Positions 39,865 through 50,325 of a DNA stretch of 64,000 nt are shown here, piece by piece. Source of the stretch: Gammaproteobacteria bacterium (GTDB lineage: Bacteria; Pseudomonadota; Gammaproteobacteria; JBCCGL01). Location: NCBI GenBank assembly GCA_965277715.1, contig OZ255836.1:2624001-2688000 (forward strand), given 5' to 3'. A program made the translations under genes and the position numbers. The stretch's first letter is position 1. The number at the start of each line of letters is the position of its first letter. The notes beneath the pieces are model-generated. The model made no database searches. It had not been told where the DNA came from and saw nothing but the letters and a program-made list of their open reading frames with translations.

Positions 39865-40854
39865 CTATTTCGGCTCTATCTCGCGCAGGTGCCGCCCGAC
39901 TGACAACCAGGAGCCCACCAGGCCCAGTAGCGTGCTAATGGTGATCAGTAATAAAACTATCCCGCCATCGATCTCCACCAGTTCAAAGGCGCTGCCATAG
40001 AGCGCGGCCAGGTAGTTGGCGGGTGTATCGAGAAAACGCAAACCGGTGATGACCAGGAGGGCGCTGAGTACGCCGCCAAAAAAACCGTACAGCAGCCCGC
40101 CGTAAAGAAATGGTCTGCGCACAAACGCATTGGTTGCCCCAATCAGTTTGATCACGACAATTTCCTCGCGCCGGTTGTGAATATCGAGGCGGATGGTGTT
40201 GCCGATGGTCAGCAATACCGCCACACCGAGCAGGCCGCCGATAACCAGTACAGCGCGCTGTAAAAGGTCAATAATGGCATTAAACCGCTGTATCCACTCA
40301 AGGTCTACCTGTGCGGTTTCCACTTCGCTGTGTTGTTGCAGTTGCATGGCCAGTTGTTGCAATTGATCCGGCGAGGTCGATTCAGCGTGCAGGCTCAAGA
40401 CAATGGCGGCGGGCAGTGGGTTTTCATCGAGGCTGTCGAGTACCTCACCAAAACCCGAGAGTACGCGAAACGTGGCCAGTGCCTCGTCGCGGCCAATAAA
40501 CCGGGTGCTCTCGATGGCGGGGTGGTCTTTCAATTCGCGTGCCAGGTTGACGCCACTGGTATCGTCGACGCCCGCCTCCAGGTACAGAGTGATATTACCC
40601 GCGATATCCCAGTTATTGCTGATGGACTGCACATTGCTCAACAGCATCGTCAAGGCGGCGGGCAACGCCAGGGCGATAGAGATCACCAGGCAGGTCATCA
40701 GGCTGGAAATTGGTGTTTGCCGGAATTTGCCAGCGCTAAAATGCAATGCCTCCAGGTGGTTATCACCCCAGCCAAGCAGATATGTAAACCACCCTGGGCG
40801 GTTCTTTTTGGCGCCACGGCGTGGCGCCACCGGGTTACGCGCCACTAAAGCCAT
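39865..40854 (-). CDS. ftsX: Cell division permease FtsX
   Basis: NPLP, IGNTIRL.I..RREEI.V.KLIGAT..FVRRPFLY. Confidence 0.95.
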   Translation of the reverse strand: MALVARNPVAPRRGAKKNRPGWFTYLLGWGDNHLEALHFSAGKFRQTPISSLMTCLVISIALALPAALTMLLSNVQSISNNWDIAGNITLYLEAGVDDTSGVNLARELKDHPAIESTRFIGRDEALATFRVLSGFGEVLDSLDENPLPAAIVLSLHAESTSPDQLQQLAMQLQQHSEVETAQVDLEWIQRFNAIIDLLQRAVLVIGGLLGVAVLLTIGNTIRLDIHNRREEIVVIKLIGATNAFVRRPFLYGGLLYGFFGGVLSALLVITGLRFLDTPANYLAALYGSAFELVEIDGGIVLLLITISTLLGLVGSWLSVGRHLREIEPK

Positions 40855-41506
40855 CCTCTACCAACCGCCCTTGTGCCAGCGTCAGCAACGGTGCATTCAT
40901 CGACCTGATCAGGGCAATATCGTGGCTGGCGACCAGGACGGTAACCCCCACCTGATTAAATTGTTGAAACAGTGCCATAATTTCTGTCGAGAGCACCGGG
41001 TCGAGGTTGCCGGTCGGTTCGTCAGCCATCAGCAGCACTGGCCGGTTGACCACGGCGCGGGCAATCCCCACGCGCTGTTGCTCACCACCTGAGAGGCTGG
41101 CCGGGTTAACCTTTTCCTTATTCAACAGGCCAACCTTATCCAGCGCGGCGCGTACCCGGCGCGGAATATCGTGCTTGCCAAAACCAGAGATAACCAGTGG
41201 CAGGGCCACATTGTCGTACACCGAGCGGTCAAACAACAATTGGTGGTTCTGGAATACGATGCCCATTTCACGGCGCAAGTAGGGGATTTTGCGTTTGCTC
41301 AGCTTGCCCAGGTTCTGGCCTTTTATCAGCACCTGCCCGCGTGTGCTGAATTCAATCGCCGCAATCAATTTAAGCAATGTGCTCTTGCCCGCCCCGGAGT
41401 GGCCGGTTAAAAAACCAAACGCTCCGGTGGGAAGGGTGAAATTTATATTGCTCAGTGCATCGCCACCACCGGGGTAGCGTTTACTGACATTTTCAAAGTG
41501 GATCAT
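40835..41506 (-). CDS. ftsE: Cell division ATP-binding protein FtsE
   Basis: GHSGAGKST, LSGGEQQRVGIARA, ADEPTGNLD. Confidence 0.96.
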   Translation of the reverse strand: MIHFENVSKRYPGGGDALSNINFTLPTGAFGFLTGHSGAGKSTLLKLIAAIEFSTRGQVLIKGQNLGKLSKRKIPYLRREMGIVFQNHQLLFDRSVYDNVALPLVISGFGKHDIPRRVRAALDKVGLLNKEKVNPASLSGGEQQRVGIARAVVNRPVLLMADEPTGNLDPVLSTEIMALFQQFNQVGVTVLVASHDIALIRSMNAPLLTLAQGRLVEDGFSGA

Positions 41507-42498
41507 TGCGAACGGGCACCCGTCGTCGGCTCGCCGATCAGCGCATCGACATAATCAACCGGGTCGAACACGCGCAAATCGTCGATTTTTTCACCCACGC
41601 CGATAAAGCGCACCGGCAGCGACAGCGTTTTTGCCAGGGAAAACAGCGCCCCTCCCCTGGCCGTGCCGTCGAGCTTGGTGATCACCAGACCAGTGACGTT
41701 CATCGCCGCAGAAAAAGCCTCCGCCTGGCGCAAGGCGTTTTGCCCCGTGCCGCCGTCTAATACCAGCAGGGTCTCGTGGGGCGCCCCGGCGTCGAGCTTG
41801 CCGAGTACGCGCTTTACCTTGACCAATTCATCCATCAGACCGGCCTGAGTGTGCAGGCGCCCTGCTGTATCGGCAATCAGCACATCGATATTGCGCGCCT
41901 GCGCCGACTGTAGGGCATCAAAAATAACCGAGGCCGAGTCCGCGCCCTGCTGCTGTGCCACTACCGGCACATTGTTGCGTTCCCCCCAGGTTTGCAACTG
42001 TTCGATTGCCGCCGCACGAAACGTATCCCCGGCGGCCAACATCACCGATAGACCCCCCGCCTGCAGTTGGCTGGCAAGCTTGCCAATCGTGGTCGTTTTG
42101 CCCGCCCCATTCACCCCGATAACCAGAATCACAAAGGGCGGCGCCTGCGTATCGATTTCCAGGGGGTGCGCGCAGGGCTGCAACAGTGCAACCAAAATGG
42201 ATTTAAGCGCGTCAATCACGGCGTCGGTGGAGGCACCCGGTGATTTTGATAGTTGTGCACTCAGCGCTCCGACAATATGCTGTGTCGCCTCGACACCGAC
42301 ATCGGCAGTAAGCAATTGGTCTTCCAGACCATCGAGTAGTTGTTGGTCGAGGGGGCCTGATCCGCGTAGAAAATTGAGGATGCGGCGCGTAAATGTCGAG
42401 CGAGTTTTTTCCAGTTTTTTATCCAGCGCGGGTGTATCGGGTGTCTCTTGCGGGGTCGTAGTGCGGCTTTTCCTGCGGATAAAACTGAATAGGCTCAT
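41503..42498 (-). CDS. ftsY: SRP receptor FtsY
   Basis: GVNGAGKTTTIGKLA, DTFRAAA, DTAGRLH, TKLDGTARGG. Confidence 0.96.
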   Translation of the reverse strand: MSLFSFIRRKSRTTTPQETPDTPALDKKLEKTRSTFTRRILNFLRGSGPLDQQLLDGLEDQLLTADVGVEATQHIVGALSAQLSKSPGASTDAVIDALKSILVALLQPCAHPLEIDTQAPPFVILVIGVNGAGKTTTIGKLASQLQAGGLSVMLAAGDTFRAAAIEQLQTWGERNNVPVVAQQQGADSASVIFDALQSAQARNIDVLIADTAGRLHTQAGLMDELVKVKRVLGKLDAGAPHETLLVLDGGTGQNALRQAEAFSAAMNVTGLVITKLDGTARGGALFSLAKTLSLPVRFIGVGEKIDDLRVFDPVDYVDALIGEPTTGARSQ

Positions 42499-42559
42499 CG
42501 TAACTGTGGCGGTGTGTTGGTCGGTTGCGTATCCTATCATTCCAACGGGGGAGTTGGGG

Positions 42560-43171
42560 GTGAAAAAGAAAGTTAAAAAGATGCCTGTTCTGCGGATTGT
42601 TGGCGGTCAGTGGCGTGGCCGTAAGCTACCGTTTCACGCTGCAGAGGGTTTGCGGCCAAGCGGTGATCGTGTGCGTGAAACGCTGTTTAATTGGTTGCAG
42701 TGGGATGTTCGCGGCAGTCGTTGCCTGGATTTATTTGCAGGCAGTGGCGCCCTGGGGTTTGAAGCCGCTTCGCGTGGGGCGGCCCATGTGGTGATGGTGG
42801 ACAATAATGTAAACACGGTGCGGCAGCTCAATGCAAACCGGCAGCAGTTGTGCACTACGGCATCGCAGGCCGGGTTAATCGAAATTGTCCACGCCGATGC
42901 GATGGATTATCTGTGCAGCGCCCCCCAACCTTTCGATATTATTTTTATCGACCCGCCTTTTGCGCAAAAAAGAGTGACCGAAACCTGCGCGATGCTCAAT
43001 GCCCAGGGTTTATTGATGGACGATACTCTGGTATACGTCGAAACCCCGTACAAACAAGCTTACCAGATACCCGTTAGCTGGTCAGAGCACAAGTCTAGCC
43101 GGGCTGGGCAGGTAGCGATGAATTTGTACTTAAATAACCAGACCCCATGTATTGACTTGTGTGCAAGTTAA
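42560..43171 (+). CDS. rsmD: 16S rRNA m2G966 methyltransferase
   Basis: RIVGGQWRGRKL, RVRETLFNWL, LDLFAGSGALG, DPPF; divergent from ftsY. Confidence 0.95.
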   Translation: MKKKVKKMPVLRIVGGQWRGRKLPFHAAEGLRPSGDRVRETLFNWLQWDVRGSRCLDLFAGSGALGFEAASRGAAHVVMVDNNVNTVRQLNANRQQLCTTASQAGLIEIVHADAMDYLCSAPQPFDIIFIDPPFAQKRVTETCAMLNAQGLLMDDTLVYVETPYKQAYQIPVSWSEHKSSRAGQVAMNLYLNNQTPCIDLCAS

Positions 43172-43174
43172 TAC

Positions 43175-44431
43175 ATGGAGTCTAGAGAGTCGAAAAAAGC
43201 GGGTAGAGTCAATAAATCTATGCAACCTTCAGCCGACATTAACGCTGTGACATCCACATCTGGGTTTTATGCCGGGATAAAACCCTTTGAGGATTTCTCT
43301 CAGGTAATCGATCCCCGCAATTGCTGGCCAGCGCCCAGTGACTGGTATGTCGTTATTGCCGATATTGAAGGCTCTACCCGTGCGATTAATGAGGGCCGTT
43401 ATAAGCAGGTCAATATGATTGGTGCCGCCTGCATTAAGGCGGTATTGAATAGTTGCGATGAGGGCGAGGTGCCCTATGTATTCGGTGGGGACGGCGCGAC
43501 ACTGTTGGTTTCAGCGCAACGGCTGGAGGTCTGCAAAAAAGCCCTGCTCGGTGTGCAGCACCTAGCTGAAACGAAATTCAACTTATCGTTGCGCATTGGT
43601 GTTGTGCCGGTTTCGCGGTTTGCTACGGATAGTGGGTACAAGGTACTGGTCGGCAAGTACCAGGTGAGTCCTGGCAACGTATTGGCGATATTCTCCGGGG
43701 GCGGTGTTGATCTGTCCGAACGCTGGGTGAAGTCTGATCCACGTTACCTCGTGACTGAGACGTACAGTGAGCCACCTGATCTGAGTGGGCTTTCCTGCCG
43801 TTGGGAGCCATTGGCGTCGCAGAATGGTGTGATGCTAAGCATATTGGTGCAGGTCAATGCCGGGGATGATGCGGTGCAAGCGAAAACATACCGTGAATTG
43901 ATCAACGCAATTTACACCATTACGGCCAATCAAAAAAATGCCGCCAAACCAATTAGCGCGACTAATATGCGCTTTCGTTGGCCGCCACGCGGATTAAAGA
44001 CAGAAATTGATGCGACTGTTGGCCGACGAAACGTTTTTTTCTGGGCATTGCATTTATATTTAAACAGTTTATTGCAATGGTGCCTCGATTATTTTGATAT
44101 GAGTGCGGGGGGGTATCGGGGAAGGCGTTACCGTATTGAGTTGCGCGCTAATACAGATTACCAGCGCTTCGATGATATGTTGCATATGCTGCTCGATTGT
44201 AGCCCGGCACAGGCGGATGAGGTCGATGCGTTGCTCTCGGCGTATGCTGCCGATGGGGTGTTGCGGTATGGGTTGCACCGTGCAGATTCGGCGTTGATGA
44301 CGTGTTTGGTTTTCAATCTTGATAAGGGTGAGCATATTCATTTTGTCGACGGTAATTATGGGGGGTTTTGTTATGCTGCCAGACAGTTGAAGTCTCAGTT
44401 GAAATCTCAGTTAAAGTCATATGCACGATAG
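43175..44431 (+). CDS. DUF3095 domain protein (nucleotide cyclase-like fold)
   Basis: DIEGSTRAI..GRYK.VN, FGGDGAT, GLSCRW, HIHFVDG..GG. Confidence 0.85.
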   Translation: MESRESKKAGRVNKSMQPSADINAVTSTSGFYAGIKPFEDFSQVIDPRNCWPAPSDWYVVIADIEGSTRAINEGRYKQVNMIGAACIKAVLNSCDEGEVPYVFGGDGATLLVSAQRLEVCKKALLGVQHLAETKFNLSLRIGVVPVSRFATDSGYKVLVGKYQVSPGNVLAIFSGGGVDLSERWVKSDPRYLVTETYSEPPDLSGLSCRWEPLASQNGVMLSILVQVNAGDDAVQAKTYRELINAIYTITANQKNAAKPISATNMRFRWPPRGLKTEIDATVGRRNVFFWALHLYLNSLLQWCLDYFDMSAGGYRGRRYRIELRANTDYQRFDDMLHMLLDCSPAQADEVDALLSAYAADGVLRYGLHRADSALMTCLVFNLDKGEHIHFVDGNYGGFCYAARQLKSQLKSQLKSYAR

Positions 44432-44682
44432 TTGGGTTGGCTTTTATCTAATGGAGTAAAGTAAATCCTTGTTTCAGTGTATTTCTCTATCCTTTCACAG
44501 ACGAAGTTAGCGCTGCCCGGTAACTGCTCCTGCGTTACTCTACCTCCTGTGTCCCTACAGTCGTCGGCAACTGTTTTTGTAGACAGTAGACTGGTGCTGA
44601 TTGCGTGTGGTTGTGCCTCTGATGTATCGGCTGTTTATCTGGGCGGCTTTATATATTTACCAATACAACCCCTGGATTAAAT

Positions 44683-44719
44683 AGTAACTGTTGGTTGTTA
44701 AAAACAACCAACAGTTACT
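44683..44719. terminator. Long inverted repeat between convergent genes
   Basis: agtaactgttggttgtt-aaa-aacaaccaacagttact. Confidence 0.6.
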
Positions 44720-44769
44720 TTAAGTATTTAAAACACACTCCTCACCCACAACACCAACATAGCCATCAA

Positions 44770-46575
44770 CTACAAAAACCACCTCGCAACCAACAAAGCC
44801 CACCCCTCGACAAAATCCAGCAGCCACTGCTTGCCATCATCACCGTGTACGCCCAGTAAATACCAAACCCCGTACAGCAAACTCCCCGGCAACAGTACAA
44901 AACCCACTACCGGGGTAAACGAAATATACGCCCAGGCGAACAGGGTGGCGTCATGGTTATCCTCAAAGCGCGTCACAATCCAGCGCCGCAGTTTTTTTGG
45001 CGCCCATAACGTCGCCGCGCCACCCGCCAGTGCCATATGCACCAGCGTGGGTACCAAGGTTGAAAACAGCGCGAAGTAAATCCAGTAATAATTGATATTT
45101 CCAGCATCGCTGCGAATCCCCGCCAGCACACCGCTATCCCCCCTTAAATTAAGCACTATTCTTCCGGTAATGCCATTGGCCATTTCAATCGCCATCACGC
45201 TCAGCACAGTAATCAATAGCAATAAAACCACCGCCAGGAGAATATCCGCCAGCGCCCATAACAAGGCCTGCCAACTGGCGTGGTGACCACTGCGGATGGC
45301 CTGCAATAGACCACGGGTTATCCCCAATGAGAGCCAGTCGAGTGGAGCGCTAATCAGAGGTAATAGTAAACAGAACAGCGATATAAATAATGTGCCTGAA
45401 CTAGGAGCATATTTTAATCCTAAATAAGCAATGGAAAGAAAAAACAGTGTATAGCTCAGCCAGTATATACCGCGTTTTTGTGTTGAAATGCTTGCATACA
45501 GGGTGTTTGTTGCCACTATAGTAATGCCAGCAACAAAGGCTGCGATAGCGATAGCGATAACTATAGCTACATCGAAAGCGACACCAAGAGCTTCAATGGT
45601 ATCAAAAACCATAGTGAAAACAGCAGTGAAAACGACAATACCAGCCACAACACCAGCGACAACACCAGCGACAATACCAACGACAGCAATAACGATAACC
45701 ATAGCGACAGCGATAGCACCAACACCAGCATTAGGATCAGTAAAAACGCCTGTACCGGCAAGAATGACGACAGCAAGAATGACGCCAGTAAAAATGCCAA
45801 TAAAAGTGAAAATAAAAGCGAGATTGTTTATTTCTCGGTGGGCGGGTTTTATCGAACGGTGAACAATAAACCCCACCATAATCCCTCCACAATAAAGGGG
45901 TATAAACTGTAAGCAGAATCCAATAGAATACTGGAGCAGTAGCATTAACGGGTTTTCTTCAATGAAATACCCAATTATTAATGAACTCATTCCAAGTAGA
46001 GCTACACTGGTCAGATAGCGCCATTTGCCTGGTAGCTTAACAACCCTGATCAAGCCCCAGAGCAGACTGAGCAATCCAATAAGTACAAGCCATCGCCACT
46101 CAATGCTTATGTTGGGCATAAAAATCTCTCCACTACCGTCACCAAAGCTACCGTCGGCGCCCGCTGCCCAGAAAATAAAAAATGCCAGAATCGGGTAAAA
46201 AACCGCCAATACCAGGCTAAACCGATAAGACGTCTCGCTCCAGGGATTAAAGCCAAAGCAGCGGGTAACCCAGCCCTGTTTGTTATCAGTGGTAGATGGT
46301 GCCTGAATTTGCCCGGCCGGGAACCGTTCCGGGTCACCAATGACCCCGGCGGTTTTGCCCAGCAACCAGCCGAGCGCCTGGGTGTATAGCACGCCGTAGC
46401 GGTCTTGCTCCAGCCATTTCAGGCGTGTCTTGATTGAGTCCCGTTTTTTATTGTTGTGGAGTACTTTCCAATTGTACCTCGCCCAGCAGATCACCAGACG
46501 GATGCCGATGCCGATGTCGATGCCGAGTATGGGATGGTCTACCAACCAATCCAGAATAGGTGTGAAGTATGACAT
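44770..46575 (-). CDS. Polytopic membrane protein with V/A/G/I low-complexity repeat region
   Basis: 601-aa ORF with many TM segments; PLDWLSLGITR.LL and STLVPTLVH conserved-looking blocks. Confidence 0.75.
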   Translation of the reverse strand: MSYFTPILDWLVDHPILGIDIGIGIRLVICWARYNWKVLHNNKKRDSIKTRLKWLEQDRYGVLYTQALGWLLGKTAGVIGDPERFPAGQIQAPSTTDNKQGWVTRCFGFNPWSETSYRFSLVLAVFYPILAFFIFWAAGADGSFGDGSGEIFMPNISIEWRWLVLIGLLSLLWGLIRVVKLPGKWRYLTSVALLGMSSLIIGYFIEENPLMLLLQYSIGFCLQFIPLYCGGIMVGFIVHRSIKPAHREINNLAFIFTFIGIFTGVILAVVILAGTGVFTDPNAGVGAIAVAMVIVIAVVGIVAGVVAGVVAGIVVFTAVFTMVFDTIEALGVAFDVAIVIAIAIAAFVAGITIVATNTLYASISTQKRGIYWLSYTLFFLSIAYLGLKYAPSSGTLFISLFCLLLPLISAPLDWLSLGITRGLLQAIRSGHHASWQALLWALADILLAVVLLLLITVLSVMAIEMANGITGRIVLNLRGDSGVLAGIRSDAGNINYYWIYFALFSTLVPTLVHMALAGGAATLWAPKKLRRWIVTRFEDNHDATLFAWAYISFTPVVGFVLLPGSLLYGVWYLLGVHGDDGKQWLLDFVEGWALLVARWFL

Positions 46576-46637
46576 AGCGCTGCTACTAGTGATGGTGTCT
46601 TCAGCAAACCAAATATCAGGGCAATTTACCCCACGCT

Positions 46638-47078
46638 TCAGGCGGTGGTGACATACCGCAGTAGTTCCACAACCTGCTCAGGGGTTTTCGCCCAGGCCAT
46701 CGCCGCGCCATCGACTTCTTTTAGGGGGTGGATGATGCCTTCATCGTGCAGGGTGATATAAGGCGTACCCAGTGCCGCGCAGTAGCCCGCATCGAAGGCG
46801 GCGTTCCACTGTTTGTACTTATCACCGAACCGCACGATGGCGATATCGCAGTTTTCAATCAGGCTTTTGGTGCGGATGCTGTTGACCTTGGATGATTTGT
46901 GGTCGCGCCAAAAGCTGTTGGTTTCACTGCCCAGTAGATCCCCCGCTGCATCACTGGCGGCGTGGTCGGTGACGGCGGAGGTGAATTCGACAGGCAGTTT
47001 GTGCTTTGCTGCGCCCGCTTCGATTTGATCGCGCCAGTCGGTGTGAATTTCACCGGATAGGTAAATGGTCCACTGCAT
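46638..47078 (-). CDS. YtoQ family protein
   Basis: YLSGEIHTDWR, FGDKYKQWNAAFDAG, HPLKE. Confidence 0.88.
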   Translation of the reverse strand: MQWTIYLSGEIHTDWRDQIEAGAAKHKLPVEFTSAVTDHAASDAAGDLLGSETNSFWRDHKSSKVNSIRTKSLIENCDIAIVRFGDKYKQWNAAFDAGYCAALGTPYITLHDEGIIHPLKEVDGAAMAWAKTPEQVVELLRYVTTA

Positions 47079-47129
47079 TATTTTTTCCTCATAATTTTTA
47101 GTCGTGTGAAAAGTGCGGGCTGGGTTCAG

Positions 47130-47579
47130 TTAATCATTACTCATCGACCGCACGGAAGGGTATTTCACCGAGCCAAAACGAATAACCAGGCTCGCCAGTG
47201 CCAGGATCAATATACCCCCGGCAATGATTAATAAACCTTGATCCGGGCTGTTGTGGTGGGCCTGGATATCCCCCAATAACATGCGCGTTAAGGCGGTAAT
47301 GCCAACGTAGACGAGAAAACGCACCGGCATCCGTTTGGTTTTAAAGTAAATGCCGACCATTGCGCCCAGTTCGAGGTAGATAAACAGCAATAAAATATCA
47401 TCGATGGCGATATGGCCATTGCCAATCATATCGAACAGGGCGAGGCACGATGACCACACAATGGCGCCGCCGATGACAAATAAGGCCAGGTAGTGAAAGA
47501 CGCTGACCAACACGTTCCCCGCAAGGTTGAAGATACTTTCCAGTTTTTGGTTTAACACGTCGATATCGTCGATGTTCAT
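47130..47579 (-). CDS. Phosphate-starvation-inducible PsiE family membrane protein
   Basis: DILLLFIYLELGAMVGIYF...PVRFL.Y..ITAL.R. Confidence 0.85.
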   Translation of the reverse strand: MNIDDIDVLNQKLESIFNLAGNVLVSVFHYLALFVIGGAIVWSSCLALFDMIGNGHIAIDDILLLFIYLELGAMVGIYFKTKRMPVRFLVYVGITALTRMLLGDIQAHHNSPDQGLLIIAGGILILALASLVIRFGSVKYPSVRSMSND

Positions 47580-47758
47580 TAGTATAGCTGCTGATTTACA
47601 AAGCGCATTATGTTAGGGGGTTTCCAGCCAGCCGTAAATGTATAACGCCGTTAAGGGGGTGTTCACTGCCAATGACGCCATACCTGATCAAACGCGGATT
47701 TAACGACCTTTTAAGACGCCCTCTCAATGCATAGGCAGACGTGGTAGGGTGTTCGCTT

Positions 47759-48778
47759 ATGAACATTAACACACCGAATAATACCGGGCCGGATGAGCAG
47801 ACGCTGGCGTTTCAAAACCTGACCCCGGATGCGATTCTGGACGCAGTGGAAGCCTGCGGTTATTGGTGTGATGGGCGTTTACTGGCATTGAACAGCTACG
47901 AAAACCGTGTGTATCAAATCGGTATCGAAGGTGATTCCCCGATTATCGCCAAATTTTACCGGCCATTTCGCTGGAGCGATGAGGCGATTATTGAGGAGCA
48001 TATGTTCACCCGGGAACTGGCCGATGCCGGGTTGCCGGTGGTTGCGCCGCTGATCAATGCGCACGGTGAAACGTTGCACCGCCATTCACTGTATCGCTTT
48101 GGTGTTTACCCACGGCGCGGTGGTCGCGCTCCCGAGTTGGATGATCCGCAGCATTTGGAGATGATTGGTCGCTTTCTTGGGCGTTTGCATTTAGTCGGTG
48201 AAACCGGTGATTTTGCACAGCGTAAAACGCTGGATATTGTCGCGATGATGGCACAATCCGCGCAGTATGTCGTCGGCACTCAGTTATTACCGGATGCTTT
48301 GTTAGTTCCCTATAAAACGCTGCTCGATGATGTGCTCGAACAGGTTGCGCGGATTTGTGAGCGCGCTGGCCATATTGATCATCTGCGTATTCATGGCGAC
48401 TGTCACCCCGGCAATATTTTGTGGCGTGACGGTACGCTCAATATCGTCGATTTGGATGACTGCTGCAACGGCCCGGCTATTCAGGATATATGGATGTATT
48501 TGTCGGGTGACCGCTATTATCAAAATGCCCGCTTGGGTGATGTGTTGGCGGGGTATTGTGAGTTTCGTGAGTTTGATCCACGCGAGTTACGGTTGATTGA
48601 GCCGTTGCGTACTTTGCGGATTGTTTATTATGCCAGTTGGTTGGCAAAGCGTTATCAGGACCCGGCATTTCAGCAGGCTTTTCCCTGGTTTGGTGGCGCC
48701 CGCTATTGGGATGAGCATATTCTCGCTTTGCGTGAGCAGGCGGCTGTGTTGAATGAGCCGCCGTTGGTTTGGGATTAG
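47759..48778 (+). CDS. srkA: Stress response kinase SrkA/RdoA
   Basis: LNSYENRVY, KFYRP.RW, HGDCHPGN, DLDD, DPAF...FPWF. Confidence 0.92.
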   Translation: MNINTPNNTGPDEQTLAFQNLTPDAILDAVEACGYWCDGRLLALNSYENRVYQIGIEGDSPIIAKFYRPFRWSDEAIIEEHMFTRELADAGLPVVAPLINAHGETLHRHSLYRFGVYPRRGGRAPELDDPQHLEMIGRFLGRLHLVGETGDFAQRKTLDIVAMMAQSAQYVVGTQLLPDALLVPYKTLLDDVLEQVARICERAGHIDHLRIHGDCHPGNILWRDGTLNIVDLDDCCNGPAIQDIWMYLSGDRYYQNARLGDVLAGYCEFREFDPRELRLIEPLRTLRIVYYASWLAKRYQDPAFQQAFPWFGGARYWDEHILALREQAAVLNEPPLVWD

Positions 48779-49077
48779 GGGTGGAGGTGTAAGTCAGGGG
48801 GTGTGGGGTTTCGCTTGTGATGGTTTAAACCAATCTTAAAGTGACACCTACCAGGCTCAACTGTCACCTTGACTGGCCTGGGCTTCTGTCGGGCTGCAAA
48901 TGAGTGCGGTACAGGCGGTGAGAATACCTTGCTAACCGATATGGTTATGTGCCTTGGTGTATTGCCTGCTTATCAAAGTTGGGGAGCGGATAAATAAATC
49001 GTGATTGCCGCGCTTGCTGTATTTCAAAAGTATCGATCAAACGATATGCTTCATGCACTTACTATGAAGGGTTTGTT

Positions 49078-50325
49078 ATGCAACTGGATCTCAATTTTGT
49101 GCGCAGTCAGTTCGGCCAGTTAGCCGATGCTCCAGGGTTTGTTTTCGCCTCTAATGCAGGTGGCAGTTATGTGGCCAATCAGGTTAATCAGGTGCTGTCA
49201 CACTATAATCACCACACCCGTGTGCAACCCTATGAACGCTACCAGCCATCCTCGCTTGCCGGTCAGGCAATGGATCGCGCCCGTGCGCTCTGGGTGCAGG
49301 CGCTGGGTATCGATGATGATGAGCTGACTATCGGCCCCTCGACGTCGATGAATACTTATGTGCTGTCGCAGGCGATTGGCAGTACGCTTGGCCCCGGTGA
49401 TGAAATTGTCGTCACCAATCAGGATCACGAGGCCAATAGCGGTGTATGGCGGCGCAAGGCAGAGGAAAAGGGTGTAACGATCAGAGAGTGGCGGGTCGAC
49501 CCGGATACCGGTCTGCTGGATGGCGATGCCCTGGTTACCCTGCTCAACGATAACACCCGCTGGGTATTTTTTACGCATTGCTCGAATATCGTCGGTACGG
49601 CTAACCCGGTCGAGCGGTGGGTGTCGCTGGTTAAACAACACACATCCGCCCGCGTGTGCGTGGATGCCGTTGCCTATGCGCCACACAAAATCTGCGCGCT
49701 GCGCCAGCTCGGGGTCGATGCTTATGTGTTCAGTCTCTACAAGGTATACGGCCCGCACCAGAGCCTGCTCTATGTAAAGCGTGAGTTGCACGAACAGCTC
49801 GACGCGCAGTGCCATTACTTTAATACCGGGCACGGCGATAAGCTGTTTAACCCGGCTGGCCCACAGCACGCCCAGGTGGCCGGTTGTGCGGGGGTGATCG
49901 ATTATTTTGTCGATCTGCACGCCCACCACTACGGCGATCAGGACGCCGCGCTACCGGAGAAACTCAACGACCTGCACGGTTTGATACTCCAGCATGAAAA
50001 CGCCCTGGCGGCGCCGATTCTCGATTACCTTTCAGATAGCGCCAACACACGCCTGATTGGTAAAACCACGGTCACCGATAACGACCGCGCCCCAACCATC
50101 GCGTTTGCCCCGACCCGCCAATCGGCGCTGGCGGTCGCGACAAAAATGCAGGACAAAGGCATCGGCACCGAAAGCGGGCATTTTTATGCACACCGCCTGC
50201 TCACCGATCTGGGGATCAATACCGATGATGGTGTGGTGAGGATTTCACTGCTGCACTACAACCAGGTGGAGGATGTTGAGACAATCCTGTCGGCACTTGA
50301 TGAGGCGCTTAGCTCACCAGGTTAA
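49078..50325 (+). CDS. Class V PLP aminotransferase / cysteine desulfurase-like protein
   Basis: NAGGS, DHEAN, HCSNIVG, DAVAYAPH, FSLYKVYGPH, RISLLHYN. Confidence 0.88.
   Translation: MQLDLNFVRSQFGQLADAPGFVFASNAGGSYVANQVNQVLSHYNHHTRVQPYERYQPSSLAGQAMDRARALWVQALGIDDDELTIGPSTSMNTYVLSQAIGSTLGPGDEIVVTNQDHEANSGVWRRKAEEKGVTIREWRVDPDTGLLDGDALVTLLNDNTRWVFFTHCSNIVGTANPVERWVSLVKQHTSARVCVDAVAYAPHKICALRQLGVDAYVFSLYKVYGPHQSLLYVKRELHEQLDAQCHYFNTGHGDKLFNPAGPQHAQVAGCAGVIDYFVDLHAHHYGDQDAALPEKLNDLHGLILQHENALAAPILDYLSDSANTRLIGKTTVTDNDRAPTIAFAPTRQSALAVATKMQDKGIGTESGHFYAHRLLTDLGINTDDGVVRISLLHYNQVEDVETILSALDEALSSPG

Noticed and set aside
41849-42559. Long N-terminal extension of RsmD (440-aa ORF)
   Set aside because: Antisense shadow of ftsY; RsmD similarity starts near 42560.
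44384-44419. 12-bp tandem repeat (QLKS x3) at end of DUF3095 gene
   Set aside because: Short in-frame slippage at the C-terminus with no sign of function.
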